25,625 bases of DNA from Eledone cirrhosa (lineage: Eukaryota): NCBI GenBank assembly GCA_964016885.1, contig CAXHJY010000987.1, positions 1 to 25,625 of the forward strand. Reading direction: 5' to 3'. Positions within the stretch are counted from its first letter, which is position 1; every line of letters begins with the position of its first letter. Positions 1 through 12,000 of the stretch are shown here, piece by piece. The position numbers and the translations under genes are program-made. The notes under the pieces are model-generated. The model was given only the letters and a program-made list of their open reading frames with translations, was not told where the DNA came from and did no database searches.

Positions 1-3000
1 TCACTGTTCTGTTTGACTGTCTCTCTCTCTGTCTATACCTATGTGTCTCACACTCTCTGTTTGACTGTCTCGTCGTCTCTGTTTGACTGTCTCTCTCTCT
101 GTCTATACCTATGTCTCTCTACTCTCTCTGTTTTACTGTCTCTCTCTGTCTATACCTATGTCTCTCTCTCTCTCTGTTTGACTGTCTCTCTCTCTGTCTA
201 TACCTAGGTCTCTCTCTCTCTCTGTTTGACTGTCTCTCTCTCTGTCTATACCTATGTCTCTCTCTCTCTCTGTTTGACTGTCTCTCTCTCTGTCTATACC
301 TATGTCTCTCTCTCTGTTTGACTGTCTCTCTCTCTGTCTATACTATGTCTCTCTCTCTCTGTTTGACTGTCTCTCTCTGTCTATACCTATGTCTCTCACT
401 CTCTCTGTTGACTGCTCTCTCTCTGTCTATACCTATGTCTCTCTCTCTCTGTTTGACTGTCTCTCTCTCTGTCTATACCTATGTCTCTCTCTCTCTCTGT
501 TTGACTGTCTCTCTCTCTGTCTATACCTATGTCTCTCTCTCTCTCTCTGTTTGACTGTCTCTCTCTCTGTCTATACCTATGTCTCTCTCTCTCTGTTTGA
601 CTGTCTCTCTCTCTGTCTATACCTATGTCTCTCTCTCTCTCTGTTTGACTGTCTCTCTCTGTCTATACCTATGTCTCTCACTCTCTCTCTGTTTGACTGT
701 CTCTCTCTCTGTCTATACCTATGTCTCTCTCTCTCTCTGTTTGACTGTCTCTCTCTCTGTCTATACCTATGTCTCTCTCTCTCTCTGTTTGACTGTCTCT
801 CTCTGTCTATACCTATGTCTCTCTCTCTCTCTGTTTGACTGTCTCTCTCTGTCTATACCTATGTCCTCTCACTCTCTCTGTTTGACTGTCTCTCTCTGTC
901 TATACCTATGTCTCTCTCTCTCTCTGTTTGACTGTCTCTCTCTCTGTCTATACCTATGTCTCTCTCTCTCTCTGTCTATACCTATGTCTCTCACTCTCTC
1001 TGTTTGACTGTCTCTCTCTGTCTATACCTATGTCTCTCACTCTCTCTGTTTGACTGCTCTCCTCTGTCTATACCTATGTCTCTCTCTCTCTCTCTGTCTA
1101 TACCTATGTCTCTCACTCTCTCTGTTTGACTGTCTCTCTCTGTCTATACCTATGTCTCTCACTCTCTCTGTTTGACTGCTCTCTCTCTGTCTATACCTAT
1201 GTCTCTCTCTCTGTCTATCCTATGTCTCTCACTCTCTCTGTTTGACTGTCTCTCTCTGTCTATACCTATGTCTCTCACTCTCTCTGTTTGACTGCCTCTC
1301 TCTCTGTCTATACCTATGTCTCTCTCTCTCTCTCTGTCTATACCTATGTCTCTCACTCTCTCTGTTTGACTGTCTCTCTCTGTCTATACCTATGTCTCTC
1401 TCTCTCTGTTTGACTGCCTCTCTATCTGTCTATACCTATGTCTCTCTCTCTCTCTCTGTCTATACCTATGTCTCTCACTCTCTCTGTTTGACTGTCTCTC
1501 TCTGTCTATACCTATGTCTCTCTCTCTCTCTGTTTGACTGTCTCTCTCTCTCTGTCTATACCTATGTCTCTCACTCTCTCTGTTTGACTGTCTCTCTCTC
1601 TGTCTATACCTATGTCTCTCTCTCTCTCTGTTTGACTGTCTCTCTCTCTCTGTCTATACTATGTCTCTCACTCTCTCTGTTTGACTGCCTCTCTCTCTGT
1701 CTATACCTATGTCTCTCTCTCTCTCTGTTTGACTGTCTCTCTCTCTCTGTCTATACCTATGTCTCTCACTCTCTCTGTTTGACTGCCTCTCTCTCTGTCT
1801 ATACCTATGTCTCTCTCTCTCTCTGTTTGACTGTCTCTCTCTCTCTGTCTATACCTATGTCTCTCACTCTCTCTGTTTGACTGTCTCTCTCTGTCTATAC
1901 CTATGTCTCTCTCTCTCTGTTTGACTGCCTCTCTATCTGTCTATACCTATGTCTCTCTCTCTCTCTGTCTATACCTATGTCTCTCACTCTCTCTGTTTGA
2001 CTGTCTCTCTCTCTGTCTATACCTATGTCTCTCTCTCTCTCTGTTTGACTGTCTCTCTCTCTGTCTATACCTATGTCTCTCTCTCTCTCTGTTTGACTGT
2101 CTCTCTCTCTGTCTATACCTATGTCTCTCTCTCTCTCTGTTTGACTGTCTCTCTCTCTGTCTATACCTATGTCTCTCTCTCTCTCTGTTTGACTGTCTCT
2201 CTCTCTCTGTCTATACTTATGTCTCTCACTCTCTCTGTTTGACTGCCTCTCTCTCTGTCTATACCTATGTCTCTCTCTCTCTCTGTTTGACTGTCTCTCT
2301 CTCTGTCTATACCTATGTCTCTCTCTCTCTCTGTTTGACTGTCTCTCTCTGTCTATACCTATGTCTCTCTCTCTCTCTGTTTGACTGTCTCTCTCTCTGT
2401 CTATACCTATGTCTCTCTCTCTCTCTGTTTGACTGTCTCTCTCTCTGTCTATACCTATGTCTCTCTCTCTCTCTGTTTGACTGTCTCTCTCTCTCTGTCT
2501 ATACCTATGTCTCTCTCTCTCTCTCTGTTTGACTGTCTCTCTCTGTCTATACCTATGTCTCTCTCTCTCTCTCTCTCTGTTTGACTGTCTCTCTCTGTCT
2601 ATACCTATGTCTCTCTCTCTCTCTCTCTGTTTGACTGTCTCTCTCTGTCTATACCTATGTCTCTCTCTCTCTCTGTTTGACTGTCTCTCTCTGTCTATAC
2701 CTATGTCTCTCTCTCTCTCTCTGTTTGACTGTCTCTCTCTGTCTATACCTATGTCTCTCTCTCTCTCTCTGTTTGACTGTCTCTCTCTCTGTCTATACCT
2801 ATGTCTCTCTCTCTCTCTGTTTGACTGTCTCTCTCTCTCTGTCTATACCTACGTCTCTCACTCTCTCTGTTTGACTGTCTCTCTCTGTCTATACCTATGT
2901 CTCTCTCTCTCTGTTTGACTGTCTCTCTCTGTCTATACCTATGTCTCTCACTCTCTCTGTTTGACTGTCTCTCTCTGTCTATACCTATGTCTCACTCTCT

Positions 3001-6000
3001 CTGTTTGACTGCCTCTCTTTCTGTCTATACCTTGGTCTCTCTCTCTCTCTGTTTGACTGTCTCTCTCTCTGTCTATACCTATGTCTCTCACTCTCTCTGT
3101 TTGACTGTCTCTCTCTGTCTATACCTATGTCTCTCACTCTCTCTGTCTATACCTATGTCTCTCTCTCTCTCTGTTTGACTGTCTCTCTCTCTGTCTATAC
3201 CTATGTCTCTCTCTCTCTCTCTGTTTGACTGTCTCTCTCTCTGTCTATACCTATGTCTCTCACTCTCTCTGTTTGACTGCCTCTCTCTCTGTCTATACCT
3301 ATGTCTCTCTCTCTCTCTGTTTGACTGTCTCTCTCTCTGTCTATACCTATGACTCTCTCTCTCTCTCTCTGTTTGACTGTCTCTCTCTCTCTGTCTATAC
3401 CTATGTCTCCCTCTCTCTCTGTTTGACTGTCTCTCTCTCTGTCTATACCTATGTGTCTCACACTCTCTGTTTGACCTGTCTCTCTCCCTGTTGACTGTCT
3501 CTCTCTCTGTCTATACCTATGTCTCTCACTCTCTCTGTTTGACTGTCTCTCTCTGTCTATACCTATGTCCTCTCTCTCTCTCTGTTTGACTGTCTCTCTC
3601 TCTGTCTATACTAGGTCTCTCTCTCTGTTTACTGTCTCTCTCTCTGTCTATACCTATGTCTCTCTCTCTCTCTCTCTGTTTGACTATCTCTCTCTCTGTC
3701 TATACCTATGTCCTCTCTCTCTGTTTGACTGTCTCTCTCTCTGTCTATACCTATGTCTCTCTCTCTCTCTTGTTTGACTGTCTCTCTCTCTGTCTATACC
3801 TATGTCTCTCTCTCTGTTTGACTGTCTCTCTCTCTCTGTCTATACCTATGTCTCTCTCTCTCTCTCTCTGTTTGAATGTCTCTCTCTGTCTATACCTATG
3901 GTCTCTCACTCTCTCTGTTTGACTGTCTCTCTCTGTCTATACCTATGTCTCTCTCTCTCTGTTTGACTGTCTCTCTCTCTGTCTATACCTATGTCTCTCT
4001 CTCTCTCTGTTTGACTGTCTCTCTCTCTGTCTATACCTATGTCTCTCTCTCTCTGTTTGACTGTCTCTCTCTGTCTATACCTATGTCTCTCTCTCTGTTT
4101 GACTGTCTCTCTCTCTGTCTATACCTATGTCTCTCTCTCTCTCTGTTTGACTGTCTCTCTCTCTCTGTCTATACCTATGTCTCTCTCTCTCTCTCTGTTT
4201 GACTGTCTCTCTCTGTCTATACCTATGTCTCTCTCTCTCTCTGTTTGACTGTCGTCTCTCTCTGTCTATACCTATGTCTCTCTCTCTCTCTGTTTGACTG
4301 TCTCTCTCTCTGTCTATACCTATGTCTCTCACTCTCTCTGTTTGACTGCCTCTCTCTCTGTCTATACCTATGTCTCTCTCTCTCTCTGTTTGACTGTCTC
4401 TCTCTGTCTATACCTATGTCTCTCTCTCTCTCTGTTTGACTGTCTCTCTCTGTCTATACCTATGTCTCTCTCTCTCTCTGTTTGACTGTCTCTCTCTCTG
4501 TCTATACCTATGTCTCTCACTCTCTCTGTTTGACCGTCTCTCCTCTGTCTATACCTATGTCTCTCTCTCTCTCACTGTTTGACTGTCTCTCTCTGTCTAT
4601 ACCTATGTCTCTCACCTCTCTGTTTGACTGCTGTCTCTCTCTGTCTATACCAATGTCTCTCTCTCTCTCTCTGTTTGACTGTCTCTCTCTCTGTCTATAC
4701 CTATGTCTCTCACTCTCTCTGTTTGACTGTCTCTCTCTGTCTATACCTATGTCTCTCACTCTCTCTGTTTGACTGCCTCTCTCTCTGTCTATACCTATGT
4801 CTCTCTCTCTCTGTTTGACTGTCTCTCTCTCTGTCTATACCTATGTCTCTCACTCTCTCTGTTTGACTGTCTCTCTCTGTCTATACCTATGTCTCTCACT
4901 CTCTCTGTTTGACTGCCTCTCTCTCTGTCTATACTATGTCTCTCTCTCTCTCTCTGTCTATACCTATGTCTCTCACTCTCTCTGTTTGACTGTCTCTCTC
5001 TGTCTATACCTATGTCTCTCACTCTCTCTGTTTGACTGCCTCTCTCTCTGTCTATACCTATGTCTCTCTCTCTCTCTCTGTCTATACCTATGTCTCTCAC
5101 TCTCTCTGTTTGACTGTCTCTCTCTGTCTATACCTATGTCTCTCTCTCTCTGTTTGACTGCCTCTCTCTCTGTCTATACCTATGTCTCTCTCTCTCTCTG
5201 TCTATACCTATGTCTCTCTCTCTCTCTGTTTGACTGTCTCTCTCTCTGTCTATACCTATGTCTCTCTCTCTCTGTTTGACTGTCTCTCTCTCTGTCTATA
5301 CCTATGTCTCTCTCTCTCTCTGTTTGACTGTCTCTCTCTCTGTCTATACCTATGTCTCTCTCTCTCTCTGTTTGACTGTCTCTCTCTGTCTATACCTATG
5401 TCTCTCACTCTCTCTGTCTATACCTATGTCTCTCACTCTCTCTGTTTGACTGTCTCTCTCTCTGTCTATACCTATGTCTCTCTCTCTCTCTGTTTGACTG
5501 TCTCTCTCTCTGTCTATACCTATGTCTCTCTCTCTCTCTGTTTGACTGTCTCTCTCTGTCTATACCTATGTCTCTCTCTCTGTCTATACCTATGTCTCTC
5601 ACTCTCTCTGTTTGACTGTCTCTCTCTGTCTATACCTATGTCTCTCTCTCTCTCTGTTTGACTGTCTCTCTCTCTGTCTATACCTATGTCTCTCACTCTC
5701 TCTGTTTGACTGCCTCTCTCTCTGTCTATACCTATGTCTCTCTCTCTCTCTGTTTGACTGCCTCTCTCTCTGTCTATACCTATGTCTCTCTCTCTCTCTG
5801 TTTGACTGTCTCTCTCTCTGTCTATACCTATGTCTCTCTCTCTCTCTCTCTGTTTGACTGTCTCTCTCTCTCTGTCTATACCTGTCTCTCACTCTCTCTG
5901 TTTGACTGCCTCTCTCTCTGTCTATACCTATGTCTCTCTCTCTGTTTGACTGTCTCTCTCTCTCTGTCTATACCTATGTATCTCACTCTCTCTGTTTGAC

Positions 6001-8175
6001 TGTCTCTCTCTGTTCTATACCTATGTCTCTCACTCTCTCTGTTTGACTGCCTCTCTCTCTCTGTCTATACCTATGTCTCTCTCTCTCTCTGTTTGACTGC
6101 CTCTCTCTATGTCTATACCTATGTCTCTCTCTCTCTCTGTTTGACTGTCTCTCTCTCGGTCTATACCTATGTCTCTCTCTCTCTCTCTGTTTGACTGTCT
6201 CTCTCTCTTCTGTCTATACCTATGTCTCTCACTCTCTCTGTTTGACTGCCTCTCTCTCTGTCTATACCTATGTCTCTCTCTCTGTTTGACTGTCTCTCTC
6301 TCTGTCTATACTATGTCTCTCTCTCTCTCTCTCTCTGTTTGACTGTCTCTCTCTCTGTCTATACCTATGTCTCTCACTCTCTCTGTTTGACTGCTTCTCT
6401 CTCTGTCTATACCTTGGTCTCTCTCTCTCTCTGTTTGACTGTCTCTCTCTCTGTCTATACCTATGTCTCTCACTCTCTCTGTTTGACTGTCTCTCTCTGT
6501 CTATACCTATGTCTCTCACTCTCTCTGTCTATACCTATGTCTCTCTCTCTCTCTGTTTGACTGTCTCTCTCTCTGTCTATACCTATGTCTCTCTCTCTCT
6601 CTGTTTGACTGTCTCTCTCTCTGTCTATACCTATGTCTCTCTCTCTCTCTCTGTTTGACTGCCTCTCTCTCTGTCTATACCTATGTCTCTCTCTCTCTCT
6701 GTTTGACTGTCTCTCCCTGTCTATACCTATGTCTCTCTCTCTCTCTGTTTGACTGTCTCTCTCTCTGTCTATACCTATGTCTCTCTCTCTCTCTCTCTGT
6801 TTGACTGTCTCTCTCTCTGTCTATACCTATGTCTCTCACACTCTCTGTTTGACTGTCTCTCCCTCTGTCTATACCTATGTCTCTCTCTCTCTGTTTGACT
6901 GTCTCTCTCTCTGTCTATACCTATGTCTCTCACTCTCTCTGTTTGACTGTCTCTCTCTGTCTATACCTATGTCTCTCTCTCTCTCTGTTTGACTGTCTCT
7001 CTCTCTGTCTATACCTATGTCTCTCTCTCTCTCTGTTTGACTGTCTCTCTCTCTGTCTATACCTATGTCTCTCTCTCTCTGTTTGACTGTCTCTCTCTCT
7101 GTCTATACCTATGTCTCTCTCTCTCTCTCTGTTTGACTGTCTCTCTCTCTGTCTATACCTATGTCTCTCTCTCTGTTTGACTGTCTCTCTCTCTGTCTAT
7201 ACCTATGTCTCTCTCTCACTCTTCTTTGACTGTCTCTCTCTCTGTCTATACCTATGTCTCTCTCTCTGTTTGACTGTCTCTCTCTCTCTCTGTCTATACC
7301 TATGTCTCTCTCTCTCTCTCTGTTTGACTGTCGCTCTCTCTGTCTATACCTATGTCTCTCACTCTCTCTGTCTATACCTATGTCTCTCACTCTCTCTGTT
7401 TGACTGCCTCTCTCTCTGTCTATACCTATGTCTCTCTCTCTCTCTGTTTGACTGTCTCTCTCTGTCTATACCTATGTCTCTCTCTCTCTCTGTTTGACTG
7501 TCTCTCTCTGTCTATACCTATGTCTCTCTCTCTCTGTTTGACTGTCTCTCTCTCTGTCTATACCTGTCTCTCACTCTCTCTGTTTGACCGTCTCCCTCTG
7601 TCTATACCTATGTCTCTCTCTCTCTCACTGTTTGACTGTCTCTCTCTGTCTATACCAATGTCTCTCTCTCTCTCTGTTTGACTGTCTCTCTCTCTGTCTA
7701 TACCTATGTCTCTCACTCTCTCTGTTTGACTGTCTCTCTCTGTCTATACCTATGTCTCTCACTCTCTCTGTTTGACTGTCTCTCTCTGTCTATACCTATG
7801 TCTCTCACTCTCTCTGTCTATACCTATGTCTCTCACTCTCTCTGTTTGACTGCCTCTCTCTCTGTCTATACCTATGTCTCTCTCTCTCTCTCTGTTTGAC
7901 TGTCTCTCTCTGTCTATACCTATGTCTCTCTCTCTCTCTGTTTGACTGTCTCTCTCTGTCTATACCTATGTCTCTCTCTCTCTCTGTTTGACTGTCTCTC
8001 TCTCTGTCTATACCTGTCTCTCACTCTCTCTGTTTGACCCGTCTCCCCTCTGTCTATACATATGTCTCTCTCTCTCTCACTGTTTGACTGTCTCTCTCTG
8101 TCTATACCAATGTCTCTCTCTCTCTCTGTTTGACTGTCTCTCTCTCTGTCTATACCTATGTCTCTCACTCTCTCT

Positions 8176-8625
8176 GTTTGACTGTCTCTCTCTGTCTATA
8201 CCTATGTCTCTCACTCTCTCTGTTAGACTGCCTCTCTCTCTGTCTATAACTATGTCTCTCTCTCTCTCTCTGTCTATACCTATGTCTCTCACTCTCTCTG
8301 TTTGACTGTCTCTCTCTGTCTATACCTATGTCTCTCACTCTCTCTGTTTGACTGCCTCTCTCTCTGTCTATACCTATGTCTCTCTCTCTCTCTCTGTCTA
8401 TACCTATGTCTCTCACTCTCTCTGTTTGACTGTCTCTCTCTGTCTATACCTATGTCTCTCACTCTCTCTGTTTGACTGCCTCTCTCTCTGTCTATACCTA
8501 TGTCTCTCTCTCTCTCTCTGTCTATACCTATGTCTCTCACTCTCTCTGTTTGACTGTCTCTCTCTGTCTATACCTATGTCTCTCTCTCTCTCTCTCTGTC
8601 TATACCTATGTCTCTCACTCTCTCT
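8176..8625. repeat. Run of 124-bp sub-repeat (46 + 50 + 28 bp) within the satellite
   Basis: A GACTGCC monomer starts at 8346, a half-unit at 8396, a 46-bp monomer at 8424 and the next GACTGCC monomer at 8470 (period 124). The ORF track also shows 124-bp offsets (8165/8289/8413). Similar runs occur near 960-1480, 4860-5200, 11280-11700, 15490-15940, 18370-18825 and 22620-22820. Confidence 0.85.
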
Positions 8626-9043
8626 GTTTGACTGTCTCTCTCTGTCTATACCTATGTCTCTCTCTCTCTCTGTTTGACTGTCTCTCTCTCTGTCTATACC
8701 TATGTCTCTCACTCTCTCTGTTTGACTGTCTCTCTCTGTCTATACCTATGTCTCTCACTCTCTCTGTCTATACCTATGTCTCTCACTCTCTCTGTCCTAT
8801 ACCTATGTCTCTCTCTCTCTCTGTTTGACTGTCTCTCTCTCTGTCTATACCTATGTCTCTCTCTCTCTCTGTTTGACTGTCTCTCTCTCTGTCTATACCT
8901 ATGTCTCTCACTCTCTCTGTTTGACTGCCTCTCTCTCTGTCTATACCTATGTCTCTCTCTCTCTCTGTTTGACTGCCTCTCTCTCTGTCTATACCTATGT
9001 CTCTCTCTCTCTGTTTGACTGTCTCTCTCTCTGTCTATACCTA

Positions 9044-9078
<35 letters not shown>

Positions 9079-12000
9079 GACTGTCTCTCTCTGTCTATAC
9101 CTATGTCTCTCTCTCTCTCTGTTTGACTGTCTCTCTCTCTGTCTATACCTATGTCTCTCTCTCTCTCTCTCTGTTTGACTGTCTCTCTCTCTGTCTATAC
9201 CTATGTCCCTCACACTCTCTGTTTGACTGCCTCTCTCTCTGTCTATACCTATGTCTCTCTCTCTCTGTTTGACTGTCTCTCTCTCTGTCTATACCTATGT
9301 CTCTCACTCTCTCTGTTTGACTGTCTCTCTCTGTCTATACCTATGTCTCTCTCTCTCTCTGTTTGACTGTCTCTCTCTCTGTCTATACCTATGTCTCTCT
9401 CTCTCTCTGTTTGACTGTCTCTCTCTCTGTCTATACCTATGTCTCCTCTCTCTCTGTTTGACTGTCTCTCTCTCTGTCTATACCTATGTCTCTCTCTCTC
9501 TCTCTCTGTTTGACTGTCTCTCTCTCTGTCTATACCTATGTCTCTCACTCTCTCTGTTTGACTGTCTCTCTCTGTCTATACCTATGTCTCTCTCTCTCTC
9601 TGTTTGACTGTCTCTCTCTCTGTCTATACCTATGTCTCTCTCTCTCTGTTTGACTGTCTCTCTCTCTGTCTATACCTATGTCTCTCTCTCTCTCTGTTTG
9701 ACTGTCTCTCTCTCTGTCTATACCTATGTCTCTCTCTCTCTCTGTTTGACTGTCTCTCTCTGTCTATACCTATGTCTCTCACTCTCTCTGTCTATACCTA
9801 TGTCTCTCTCTCTCTCTGTTTGACTGTGTCTCTCTCTGTCTATACCTATGTCTCTCTCTCTCTCTGTTTGACTGTCTCTCTCTCTGTCTATACCTATGTC
9901 TCTCACTCTCTCTGTTTGACTGCCTCTCTCTCTGTCTATACCTATGTCTCTCACTCTCTCTGTTTGACTGCCTCTCTCTCTGTCTATACCTATGTCTCTC
10001 TCTCTCTCTGTTTGACTGTCTCTCTCTCTGTCTATACCTATGTCTCTCTCTCTCTCTCTCTGTTTGACTGTCTCTCTCTGTCTATACCTATGTCTCTCTC
10101 TCTCTCTGTTTGACTGTCTCTCTCTCTGTCTATACCTATGTCCTCTCTCTCTCTGTTTGACTGTCTCTCTCTCTGTCTATACCTATGTCTCTCACTCTCT
10201 CTGTTTGACTGCCTCTCTCTCTGTCTATACCTATGTCTCTCTCTCTCTCTGTTTGACTTGCCTCTCTCTCTGTCTATACCTATGTCTCTCTCTCTCTCTG
10301 TTTGAATGTCTCTCTCTCTGTCTATACCTATGTCTCTCTCTCTCTCTCTCTGTTTGACTGTCTCTCTCTGTCTATACCTATGTCTCTCTCTCTCTCTGTT
10401 TGACTGTCTCTCTCTCTGTCTATACCTATGTCTCTCTCTCTCTGTTTGACTGTCTCTCTCTCTGTCTATACCTATGTCTCTCACTCTCTCTGTTTGACTG
10501 TCTCTCTCTGTCTATACCTATGTCTCTCTCTCTCTCTCTGTCTGACTGTCTCTCTCTCTGTCTATACCTATGTCTCTCTCTCTCTCTGTTTGACTGTCTC
10601 TCTCTCTGTCTATACCTATGTCTCCCTCTCTCTCTCTGTTTGACTGTCTCTCTCTCTGTCTATACCTATGTCTCTCTCTCTGTTTGACTGTCCTCTCTCT
10701 CTGTCTATACCTATGTCTCTCTCTCTCTCTTTCTTTGACTGTCTCTCTCTCTGTCTATACCTATGTCTCTCTCTCTGTTTGACTGTCTCTCTCTCTCTCT
10801 GTCTATCCTATGTCTCTCTCTCTCTCTCTGTTTGACTGTCGCTCTCTCTGTCTATACCTATGTCTCTCACTCTCTCTGTCTATACCTATGTCTCTCACTC
10901 TCTCTGTTTGACTGCCTCTCTCTCTGTCTATACCTATGTCTCTCTCTCTCTCTGTTTGACTGTCTCTCTCTGTCTATACCTATGTCTCTCTCTCTCTCTG
11001 TTTGACTGTCTCTCTCTGTCTATACCTATGTCTCTCTCTCTCTCTGTTTGACTGTCTCTCTCTCTGTCTATACCTATGTCTCTCACTCTCTCTGTTTGAC
11101 CGTCTCCCTCTGTCTATACCTATGTCTCTCTCTCTCTCACTGTTTGACTGTCTCTCTCTGTCTATACCTATGTCTCTCACTCTCTCTGTTTGACTGTCTC
11201 TCTCTGTCTATACCAATGTCTCTCTCTCTCTCTGTTTGACTGTCTCTCTCTCTGTCTATACCTATGTCTCTCACTCTCTCTGTTTGACTGTCTCTCTCTG
11301 TCTATACCTATGTCTCTCACTCTCTCTGTTTGACTGCCTCTCTCTCTGTCTATAACTATGTCTCTCTCTCTCTCTCTGTCTATACCTATGTCTCTCACTC
11401 TCTCTGTTTGACTGTCTCTCTCTCTGTCTATACCTATGTCTCTCACTCTCTCTGTTTGACTGCCTCTCTCTCTGTCTATACCTATGTCTCTCTCTCTCTC
11501 TCTGTCTATACCTATGTCTCTCACTCTCTCTGTTTGACTGTCTCTCTCTGTCTATACCTATGTCTCTCACTCTCTCTGTTTGACTGCCTCTCTCTCTGTC
11601 TATACCTATGTCTCTCTCTCTCTCTCTGTCTATACCTATGTCTCTCACTCTCTCTGTTTGACTGTCTCTCTCTGTCTATACCTATGTCTCTCTCTCTCTC
11701 TCTCTGTCTATACCTATGTCTCTCTCTCTCTCTGTTTGACTGTCTCTCTCTCTCTCTGTTTGACTGTCTCTCTCTCTGTCTATACCTATGTCTCTCACTC
11801 TCTCTGTTTGACTGTCTCTCTCTGTCTATACCTATGTCTCTCACTCTCTCTGTCTATACCTATGTCTCTCACTCTCTCTGTCTATACCTATGTCTCTCTC
11901 TCTCTCTGTTTGACTGTCTCTCTCTCTGTCTATACCTATGTCTCTCTCTCTCTCTGTTTGACTGTCTCTCTCTCTGTCTATACCTATGTCTCTCACTCTC

